DNA from: Tubulanus polymorphus
Lineage: Eukaryota; Animalia; Nemertea
Assembly (NCBI RefSeq): GCF_964204645.1
Contig: NC_134036.1
Span: forward strand, 2,108,001-2,172,000
Direction of reading: 5' to 3'
Length of the DNA stretch: 64,000 nt
How positions within the stretch are numbered: the stretch's first letter is position 1; every line of letters begins with the position of its first letter. Made by a program: the position numbers and the translations under genes. This document shows, one piece after another, positions 53,160-64,000 of the stretch. The notes below the pieces were generated by a model. It was not told the origin of the DNA. It worked only from the letters and a program-made list of their open reading frames with translations, and searched no databases.

Positions 53160-53400
53160 TTTTCCCTCCATATCTATGGTAGCAGCGCCTTCCGCTCCAT
53201 TCAGAATAAATCTAATTTTCTATTTTCAAGAACATTTTTTTACATTTGCCTCCACATCTATGGAAGCAGTGTCATAATTTACAATCCCCTCCATTCAGAT
53301 AATTTCTTATTTATTCTTTTCAAGAATATTTCTTTTTCACATTTCCCTCCACATCTATGGTAGCAGCGCCCTACTTAAACTGCCACTCCATTCAGAATAT
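53160..53400. repeat. Degenerate ~90-bp tandem repeat, 3 copies
   Basis: CCTCCACATCTATGG(T/A)AGCAG...CTCCATTCAGA three times. Confidence 0.78.
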
Positions 53401-56400
53401 TTCTTATTCTTTTACGAAATAAAAGTCAAACAAATGGACAATACAAATCATATTAAACTCCCAATATCCAGTGCATCTAGGCACCCGATTGTTGGGAATC
53501 GTTGCTACCCAACGTATCTAACAACAAAATGCTCTTAACGACATCGCGGAACGGATCGGAACATTTTACCGGGTCCTCGCATTATCGATCGTGTATTCTC
53601 AGTAGGACAGTGTCGCCAGGGGGTAAAAACAAAACATGTCATGTCATGTCGCAAAACTAGAAATAATATCAGACCTCATAAAATCTGGTTTTTAGGTTTC
53701 TTCCTGGACAGGGTGTGTCGTTGGAGTAGGTGGAATGGCACGGCTTGTGGTAAATAGGGATGTATGGGTTACCGTGAGAACATGATGGGAGAATTTGAAA
53801 AAAAAAAAAAATTTAACTTACCTGTTTTTGCGTGTGCGACAAGTTTAAACAGCACCGGAAAAGAAAAAAAAGGAGAAAAACAAATTAGTTTCGAAATCGA
53901 AAATTTTAAAGGAATTAATTTTTTACATGTGTCAAACAATTTTTTGGTTGGGTTTTCGAATGCGTTGACTTAAAATGGACCAGTTTCATTGAACCTTTAT
54001 GATAACAAAATTGAGTTAGCCACAAAGGTAAAAGTTTATACCAGTCTAAAAACTGGGTACAAGATATTTCACATTCTGCCACCAGAAACGGTCTCTTTAA
54101 GGCCAAAAAAAAATTGATACCTTGTTTCTCCGCTCTGCTGAGCTTAAATGTTGACCCGGCCGGCCGCCTATCTACCCTATACATTACTTTTTTTAAAATC
54201 GTGATCAATTTCACCATAACTGACCCGGCCGCTATAGAAATGAACTGTTTATAAATTTTATCATATTTTACAAAAATGACCCGGCCGCTGCGGAGAAACA
54301 AGGTATCATTTTTGTTTAGCCTAAAAATTGAAAAAAAACCCTTGAAACACGGGTGATGATTTACTTTCATATTCATTTGATTTGTGTGTTTTATTTGGCC
54401 ACAAAACAGTCCAATGAATTTTTGCAATTTTTGACCTGCCAATAAAACGTTTCGTGGCATTTCTTAGAAAGACAAGTCCAGAAAGGTAAAAGGCTTCTTC
54501 TGTGAGAGAGCAATGAGATAAACGGAGGGAAAGTGTGATGTTTTATCGTCTGTTGAACACCCCGTAAATTATTCATCTACACTAAAGTGCGCGTGTCTTC
54601 CGTCCATTAACATCCTACAGCGGATAATAGGTGACGGTAACGGGCGCCATTTTACCGATTGTAAACAGACAAATGACCCGTAATGACGTCTATTTACTGC
54701 CCAGTGGTCAGCGCTAGTCAAACACTGGTCAGCAATGGTCAATAAAATAACCAATAGGCAGTTCATCACGTGTAGTCATCAGGACACAGAGGACATGGCT
54801 TTTTTTTCAAAATAACTTCCGAATGTGAACATTTCCTAAGATGTGATTCGTCAAAACCCTAAAATGCACATTTCTTAAAAAGGTAAGATTTACTCCCAAA
54901 TATGGACATTCTGAAAATAGATTTACTTCCATATATGGAAATTTCGAAATCAAAATGGAATTCGTCAAAACCTCCAAAATATCTTAAGTCCGAAATAGAT
55001 ATGACCGTGGCCTGATAGCGGCCATGTTAGAAAAAGTAATTCTTACAAAACCTGTTTCCTAAACATCTTGAATGCAGCGGATATATTCACAACTTATAAC
55101 TGATGTCGAATATCTAATGACTGATATCTGAGACTTATAACTAATGACGTGATTTTTTCTTAAACAGTTATCTCTTACGACTTGGTGAACGAATAAATGA
55201 CCCGCCGGCGTTCTGTCCCAGGGGACAATTTTACTAAATCGACAACGTCGCTCGCACCGTCGTTAATCACGACGTTACGTCATTTACGTCAACCGACGTA
55301 AGGAAACCATTTATTTCATACGTTATATAAACCGTATTACATACGTTAACGTTAGAATCCTAATCAAACGTTCAACAATCGCTACGGTTATTTTTCCCCG
55401 AACGTTAACGCTGCCGACGGGGTAAGAATATTCCGAACGGGTGACGTCATCGGCGGAAACGCCGACGGTACTTCCGGCGAAGGTAACGTACGCGTTGGGC
55501 TTATCTTTTACGTTAAATTTCCGGCGTTACCCGTTAGTCGCCCGTCGTCTGTTGGCCGCCGTTGCCGGGAGATATTTTCTAAGTCGCAGACGAGCAGGTA
55601 CCCGCAGACGACTGTAAAACGAGAACCTTTAAGGCGGTGCATGAAACGACGGGATTTCTGTATTTTTATCTCATCTCACCCAGGGTCGGTTCGATATTTC
55701 AAAGAGGAAGTTTTCCTTTCATTATTTCATCCAGTTGCGACTGCGAAGGTTTTTTCTAGCAAAGATTGAACAGCACTTCACAATCACGCGACTATAATTT
55801 AGATTGTTCGAATAAGTAACCGTTTGAAATTGGATTTATTCAACTTTGTTTCAGAAACCCGGCGAAATCTTTGTTTCTAGAAATCTTATCTAAATACAGC
55901 AAAAAGATTAACTTTCATTCTTTTCATCTCGGTATCATTTTCAGATATTTTTTTTCCGATGTAAATTCTTTAATGCAGTTTTCAAAGAGTTAAATGAACT
56001 TTCTTATTTTATTTTTTGTTTAAAAGTCGCTAGCAATTGGATTTTAATCTCAGCGAAAAACTGTGAAAGTTTCCTTTTGATTTTAACCAAATCCAATACG
56101 GTTCGAGGCTACATTTGTTTAAAACGGAAGCTACGACGACGTTGCAGGCATTTTTTTCAAACAAAGTCTAGAAGAAATTTTCTTTTGAAAGCGAGTTATT
56201 TCTTAGTCTTTCATCATAACAAACAGACATTAAACCATTTTTTTTATCCAGGCCCCGAGCGAACGAACTTCCCTTAAACGCAGTCGAAATGGCCTTTAGC
56301 ACGTGAACGGAAGAAGATAGGATATCTTTGTAGCTGCTGCTGCTGTTGTTGTTGCTGCTGCCGCTGCTACTGCTGCTGGTGCTGCTTCTATTGTTGCTGC

Positions 56401-58387
56401 TGCTGCTGCTTTGTTGATATGAATAATGTACGGGGATGATTTATTTGACGTTGCGGTGCGTTACATCATTTTAGTTGACGGTTATTCGGCTAATGCGAGC
56501 GCATTAATATGAAATATTCGTGCGCAGCGGTCGCGTCGCTAATCCGGAATTATTTGTCAACAATGTCGCCTAATGCGACAATTAACGTCAAAACAAAAGA
56601 CAAACTGTCAGACGAAACGCTGAGATGGGGAGATACAGAGAGTTATCGAGATGGCATTTTGAGAATACAACTGTACTTTGTATTTCAATAAGAGATGGAG
56701 AGGGAGAGAGTGGGGAGGGAGAGGGGAGAGGAGGAAGGGAGGGAGAGGGAAGTGAGTGGGGAAGGAAGGGGGATGGAGGTAGGGGGAAGATTACGGGGCT
56801 TTTTGTCGCTTACACAAAGATGATGTCAGTCGAAAGTTGATAGAAAGTGGGAGAGGGAGTGGGGGAGAGAGGGAGACGGAGAGTGGGAGAGAAAGAGTCA
56901 AAGGAGTTGATTCTTCTTTGACTTTTCAGACGATAAAATGTCGACGCAAAAGCGGAAATTACAGTTCTTCCGCACCAAAAAACCGACGGACGAACTTGAT
57001 AATAAAACTACAGCAGAGTTCTTTCTCAAGAGTCTGAATCTGATAAACGGATTAAAAGTTTCGTTTTTCTCTATCAAACTAAAATCATCGAAATCGTTCA
57101 AAAAAGCGAGACGCGATTGAACACGACGAAACTCGTCTGCGCTTCACCTCATCTCTCCGCTATCTGTCTATCTACCCCTCTAACTCACCGACAGATACCA
57201 CACAAGTGTTTGAACGCGATCTCGAGGTCTGACGAACCCGACTTGTTCGTTTACGGCGATTTAACCCAAACAAGCGGCTAAAACTTTACGCCGTCGTTAA
57301 TACCAGGGTAACGACGTTTGATTGATGGCGCGGATAAACCTGCGTCATCAGATACCGCTAAAGTTTATAAGCGTTAACGTGAAGAAAATATGCCGCTTAC
57401 GTTCTAACGGTATCTGATCGTTAAATTCGACGTTATTTTTTCGCGTCCGCAATCTTTACGCAATTAATCGTATGTTTGAGGCGGATGGCGTAACGTTGGA
57501 TTAGACGTAAATCGACGTTTACGTAAAAAAAAGTTACATCCGCGAAGACGTGTTTACACCGCCGACGACGTAACGTCTCAATAACAAACCGCTGATAACG
57601 TTCGTTACGTTACGTTTACGTGAATTTATCATTCGCGGTTCAATTCATTCCGCATCATACGCCGTCGCGAGTTTGAATTTGACGTTAGTTGACGTTGACG
57701 GCGGAAGAAATCCGTATAAACTGATGATGTGTTTTTTTCGAAGGTGTCAATTTGAGAGAATATGGCAAGAACTCGCAGACAAAGGAACTGACGAAACAAA
57801 TCGTCGAAGGACAAAGATGTAGCCATTGTTTCATTCAATAATTCAGATTGTTGTACCTAATCCTGATAGAAGTTGTCTGTCTGTTGGGGGTTATACAGCT
57901 CAACGGTGCAGTGATTCTCATCCATCAAACCTCAAAACACTAATTACGCTCAGACTTATCATATTGACGTTCATTGAGACCCTCACTACAGGTGTCTATA
58001 GGTAATGGCTTTTAGTAGCTAGCGCGTCCTCCTGTAGTAGCCACATCGTGAATGGGGCTGTGACAGAAATCATTGTCCTCCGGTAACACATCAACCGAGC
58101 AGCTCCACGATCCCCACGATCATGAGGAGAAATCGTTTACCTGTCGACTGCCTGGTTGAATTTACGCGTTGGAATTGGTCAACAATTCAAACAGTTGACA
58201 CCCGTCTGTTGGCTCCAGGACACGGAGAGTGTCTGATACGGTTAGTTCCCAGGGGCAGACACCGTAACCGAGGTAATTACGATAACGACCCACAGGGGAC
58301 GCTGCAGTGTTCCAGGTGAGTAGGTTTTAAATGGACGGTTGGTGGCAATTGACAAAACGCGCATTAATTTTGAAGTAGGTGGTGCAG

Positions 58388-58750
58388 ATCGAAAGTAGAG
58401 GTTGCAAATCGAATGTAGAAGTTGGAAATCGAAAGTAGAAGTTGGAAATCGAAAGTAGAAGTTGTAACTCGAAAGAAGAAGTCGTTACCCGAAAGCAGAA
58501 GTTGTAACTCGAAAGTAGACGTTATAAATCGAAAGTAGAAGTTGTAACTCGAAAGTAGAAGTTGGAAATCGAAAGTAGAAGTTGTAAATGGAAAGTAGAA
58601 GTTGTAAATAGAAAGTAGAAGTTATAAATCGAAAGTAGATATTGTGACTCGAAAGTAGAAGTTGTAAATCGAAAGTAGAAGTTGTAAATCGAAAGTAGAA
58701 GTTGTAACTCGAAAGTAGAAGTTGTAAGTAGAAAGTAGAAGTTGCAGAAA
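58388..58750. repeat. 20-bp tandem repeat, about 18 copies
   Basis: Unit GAAAGTAGAAGTTGTAAATC. Confidence 0.95.
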
Positions 58751-60311
58751 GAAGGTAAAGATGTTCGAGAAACTAGAATTCCATTACAACAAATCACAGC
58801 ATCGCTTCTCGTCATCCTATACCTGCCAACAGTCGTTGTCATGCCGATAATTGTTGATAATAACGTTATTAACGTCGTTGTCATCGTCGTTTACTCCGCA
58901 ACAATGCAACAGAAACGCAATAATACGGTTAATTATTGCTAGGTGATTTTTCGTTTGTCTACAGTTCCAATTAGCATCGTTATCGTCTGCCTCGGGATCG
59001 CGGTTGCTAATGGAGACAGAAAAACGAAACGAGAAGGACGGCGCGAAAAAAAATCAAGGTCAAGAATTTTGTTTTTCAAACATTTGGACTTGATTGGCAT
59101 TCCGGTAATCACAACTTACTGCATTGCTACAGTTGCATTCAATGATGTTTACATCTTTTAAAAGCTTTTGAGCAAATGCGTCCAGAGCCTTTTTGTTGGG
59201 TAGATTTTACAGCATTGTAATGTTTTTAACAACGGAGCCGTTAATGATTTAACGGAATTGTCGAAATGTTGTCAGCAATTTTCTAACTGTTCATTTATCA
59301 GTTTTTGAGGACAAAGGACCTAAAAATTAGTGAGTTCCATTTTCGAAACGCTTTAAGAAAGTTACAACACAATGGTCGACTTGTTTTCAGCAATCTTTTA
59401 ACCGTTCATTTATTGGTTTTTTACTAACTTTTCTCAAAACAATTCCGGAGCGTCGGTTAAAAAAACAGGGTCAATCCAAATTCAGAGAATATTGGCAAAA
59501 ACCAAGGAAGGAAGTAACGATTTCATCAGGAGAAGCATAAACTATTGGGTGCACAGAACTCGAAGGAAATATGAGTTCCATTTCTGTTACATTTTGAGAA
59601 CGTCACAAAACATTTGAGATCGTGACGTTTATCTTTTATTTTAGAATATGGGCGATTCATCAGGACAAGCATGCTTTACAGCATCTGTTATCCTTTATCT
59701 TATCGTATCTCACCGTTATCTTATCGTAAAGAGGAGAGGAGAAAGAAAAACAAACTTTCATGAAAAAAGTTAAATCGAACACGAACGCGAATTAAATCTA
59801 AATCTAAATCTAATACCGACAGCAGACGGCGGAGAACCTGTCACGTGTCACGCGCATTAACGTCTAGGTACAAATTAACGGATGATGGTTGCTGTGTTGC
59901 AGTTAGCAGCGACGTGGTGCACGCTCGGTTGGAGATTAAGTTCGTCTGCTGGTACACGCCGGTACGGTGAATAATGAGCCGTTCGCGTGACGCAACTGGT
60001 ATCGTCAGCCTCGGTCGTAATAATTACCGCCGTGTACCGTTAATAATTGGGATAATGATTTAAAATGTGCTTTGCACGCGGCCGCGGTGACAGCAGCGAC
60101 GTGCGTAGACTTATCACCCTAAACTATCGGAATCTCTACAGACCGGTAAACAAACATGTAACGCTATTTTGAGATGGTGCTGAAAATCGGCGAGATGTGA
60201 AGATAAAGAGATGAAACGTGTTCGATCGGTCGTGACTCGCGACAAGATCGGGTCAAGTTAAGAATGAGTCGACCCAAGACCAAGTCGAGCAGATAACAGA
60301 TGAAGTCAAGC

Positions 60312-60482
60312 TCTGGTAAAGCCAAATTCTGCTAAAGCCAAGACTTTGTAAAGCAAAGTTCTGGTAAAGCCAAGGCTTTGTAAAGCCAAATTCTGGCTAA
60401 GCCAATACTTCGTAAAGTCAACTTGTAAAGACAAATTCTTGTAAAGTTAAGACCAGGCCAAGTCAAGATCCAGTAAAGCCAT
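60312..60482. repeat. Degenerate ~16-bp tandem repeat
   Basis: Recurring GTAAAGCCAA(ATTCT/GACTT). Confidence 0.75.
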
Positions 60483-61751
60483 GATATCAAACGGATATTG
60501 GCTTTGGTCTAATCAGAGATAAGGATAGCCAGGTGCCGGGGATTCACGGATACTTCTGATATTCTACATTAACTTTTATTTGTATCAGTTATCAATAAAT
60601 TAGGCACATAACACAGCATCTAGTAGTTCCCTATATTTCTTGATAAATACTCATAAGTATTCGATATATCAAGAACGACAACGATTTTTAAACGTTCCCA
60701 GGAGCAGACGACTTGTCTCACAATCTCTGAAACTCAGAGGCGCTTTAAAGCCGGTTACGCAATATTAAAACTGCAGCATTAAATTTCCCGGAGGAGCAAA
60801 ATTTACAAGACTTCGCGAAATTTCGTTACAGCGCGAAAAAAATTACTTTCTAGATTTCTTAATTTTCTGCGTCTATTTCTCAACGGGACCGTATATTGCC
60901 GACCGACATGCGCCGACAAATTGTATTCTCGTGTTGTCTCGTTAACGACGAGATTTAAGACGGGATCGCTAATTCCCGCGCTGCCCGTTTACCGACAGCG
61001 AACACATGCGACACGTGTGAAAGGGTCATAAATTCGAGAAATAGACCCCGAAATCGAATCCGGGTCGACGGAAAATGGTTAAGTAACTTTCGCTGTTCGG
61101 AAAATGGACGGAAATAATAAAAAAACATGTTCTTTTTTCTAATTGCAACCCAACGATTTTTAACTGATTTACAATTTCCGGTACAAAATAACGATTTGCT
61201 GAAATTGGGACCAATTGCACATAGTCATGACTTAGAGATTTGAGACCAGTCTATGTCCAACACAACTAATTTTTTGTAAGCAGCCATTTTCTAAAGTGAT
61301 TCGCAACACTTCAAAAGGGAGGTTTGATGGTCAATTCAATAGGGAGGGTTCATGGAGGCAGCCATTTTTTTCTTGGTAGTCACAACATCACCACATCAAT
61401 TTGATAATGTCATTGGGACTTGTTAATGTAGGCAGCCATTTGACAAAAGTTGTCTGATAAAAATAGCTCAGAATATCATAGAATAATTCTATAAAATATC
61501 ATATGAAAATGAACTATGATTTCACAAAGCAATATCGACGTTTCGACTCTCGATTTACGTCTTGTCCGTTCGTCGTTTCGTCCGACGTAATAATATATAA
61601 ATTCCCGATTTTCTATCGCCGTCGCCGCCGGTACCGCAGACGAAGATTAATTCAGTTTTAGCAATCGTCGGAAATGTACCGAGTCATCGAGAATGAGACG
61701 ATGAATTCGGACCCCGCGGGCACCTGCCCGTTTATATAATGTCGCTATGCA

Positions 61752-61782
<31 letters not shown>

Positions 61783-61966
61783 GCAACGGGTGCTAAGTAA
61801 CGGATCCGTTCGCTCTGTTGTAATCTCGTCTGGAGTCGGAGGTCGGTAACATAATAATTTAATAAATGAAAACAGCCGAAAATATCTTGAAACATATTTC
61901 CATTTTTGCCTCGAGCATTCCGAGCGTTTGTCAAAGGTTACGGCAAACATGGTCACGACGAGTCTG

Positions 61967-62073
61967 GGCGCAGTTTCACAAAAGGTATTAAGACCTAAAT
62001 TGATTTAAGATAAACTGAATTAATGAAGAAATTAAATCGATTTAACATTAAATCCTATTTGTGAAACTGGGCC
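61967..62073. mobile_element. Harbinger-type MITE family B (107 bp)
   Basis: TIRs GGCGCAGTTTCACAAA / TTTGTGAAACTGGGCC with CTG...CTG duplication. The AT-rich core is shared, inverted, with 11225-11338. Confidence 0.82.
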
Positions 62074-64000
62074 CTGGAGTCAAAACTGGAAGGCCTATCT
62101 TATGAGAGAAGCTCCTATATTTACTTAGGTGATCGAGGCGTTTGCTAAAAGTTACGGAAACAGCTTTGAGTCAAGTCAAAACTGGTAGCTCGATATAGCT
62201 CAGGACAGAAATGACTCCAACGCGTGTAAAGCCAGTTAGAGCTTCTCTGATTGGCTAAATTTGTTTTGTTGGTATCACAATACCTCAGATGCAAAGAAAA
62301 CTACCAGGCGAAATTATCTCAGGCGAAATGAGAGCCAACCATTTGCACTGTCAGATACAGCTCAAGGCCTGGAAACGAATGTTGTAAGACTAAAGTAGAT
62401 GTTACAAAAGTAGTCAAAGGTTAAGAATCTCTTCGGGCGAATGAATCATATTTTCTTCATAAGCACGTTACGTTTCACTTTTCCGATTTAACTCTTAAAA
62501 CAGGATTAATTCTCACTGTTGAACCGAGGCGGACAGTCGAGATTTAGAGAATGTTGCCATCGGCGACAGACTTTTCACTTTAATAAAAGGAAATGAGAGA
62601 ATAACTCTTACTGTTGAATCGGACTAGGATTGTCACCACGAGCAACTGATAATAAACCATAATGTTGCTGCGTGTTGTTTCCGAAGACAGAAAAAAAAAC
62701 CGGCAGCGGTCGGGTTGAATTCCACATCAGCAGACGATCCCCGGGGTCCGTACCCTGGATGCCAGACACAAATACCGGAAATGTCAGCGAAAACCGGAAA
62801 GCAAGAAAACAAATTGAGAACAGTGGGAAAGATTAGAACCCTGGAAGTAAAACCGGATCGCTATGTTTCTGAAGTTAGTTAATCCCGGAGTAATATAACC
62901 CGCTACTGCTGGATAATCGTCACCGTTACTTATTCACGAATGTTGCTAGAAATAAAATCCCCAGGGAGACGAGTTATCTGATATATCCGATACCGTTAAA
63001 ACGATATCTCATTGTTTATAACGATGTAAAGTTGATATTTCTGTATAGTGAATTATTCAATATGTGGTCGACTATCAATACTAGCCGTCTCTTAGCTGTC
63101 CATTATCGGCAACCATTATTAGGCTGGTTAGTAGTCCACTTGCTCTGTCCACACGAGTCCCGGGTTCGAATCTCAATCAAGCGGTCATTTTTTTTTCAAT
63201 TTAAGGATTTTATTTTGTTTAAATAAAGGATAAATTCAAAATATTATTGCGCTTATTGTTATTCTATTCACGTCGTTTTTGCTACGAGACGAAGTAATGC
63301 AACAATACGCTCGACACACGCCGCTGCTACAGCAACCAACGGTCTCCTTAAGCAACAGTCAATAAATAAATTCAAACCTAACGACTTCCCATATTTCCCG
63401 TCATCCATCATTGTGGCTTTGTTTAAAATGGCGGTTTCTAATCTACGGTTCGCTGGGAAGTTTTTGTCGGAACAGGATTCGATTTGAATAGAATTGTTTA
63501 CAATCGGAGAGACTGTACGGAGATTAAAACGGAATCGGGTTGAATGAGGTAGAACCCAAACAGCGGAAGGCAATCGGTTTATTTTACCTGAGCAGATTTT
63601 TTTGAAAAAAAAATGTTCAAGAGTTCAAGCGAGATCACTGGTGGGATTTATACAACCAATACCATCATCGATTTAAAGGAAGTAGGCTATTTTGAAAAAT
63701 GCAAACATTGTCTATCTGATGACGTGTGATATTTATATAACACCTGAACTGCCGAAGCAAGTCAGTTATTCAAACTGGCGAAACATCCAAAAGTTCCACC
63801 AAAATCGTTGATGGCATTTACAGAAATAGCTTCGTACTAATCGTGTGGCAATTTGTACTCGCACAGAATTTTTGGCCATCTCTCCCTCTCTCTCCTTCCC
63901 TCATCTCTCACTCTTCTCATCAATGTAAGCACATGACGGAGTGAATGCCAGTAAATAAACAGCCGAGATCACGTGATGAAGTTTGAAAAGTTCACGCGTT

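Noticed and set aside
53915-54460. 181-aa minus-strand ORF
   Set aside because: No motif or homology recognised; AT-rich with homopolymer runs, consistent with a chance ORF or a decayed repeat.
63105-63190. Possible second tRNA gene
   Set aside because: Only a B-box-like GGTTCGAATC; no cloverleaf can be formed.

Overview
Eukaryotic genomic DNA, roughly 38-40% GC, most likely from an invertebrate animal (spliceosomal GT donor, CCA-less nuclear tRNA, MITEs, microsatellites). It is gene-poor. The only firm coding feature is the large first coding exon of a natriuretic-peptide-receptor / receptor-guanylyl-cyclase-like gene on the minus strand (6236->5426), whose later exons appear to lie left of the window. 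There is one intact tRNA-Ala(AGC) at 35864-35936 and a tRNA-derived relic near 18.1 kb. The rest is non-coding but highly structured. It holds three families of PIF/Harbinger-type MITEs with 3-bp, mostly CWG, target duplications, and a 47-bp satellite derived from the interior of one MITE family. It also holds many minisatellites and a 1.4-kb G-free pyrimidine-rich array. The most unusual signals are: (i) a dispersed octamer GCAGACGA present at least 36 times, against about 1 expected; (ii) tandem arrays whose unit is a transcription-factor motif, namely two oppositely oriented CTCF-like arrays (one directly upstream of the receptor ATG), a dispersed YY1/CRE-bearing ~78-bp family and an ETS cluster; (iii) a kilobase-scale alternation of CpG/ACGT-rich and CpG-poor segments. 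All counts were made by eye and should be confirmed computationally.
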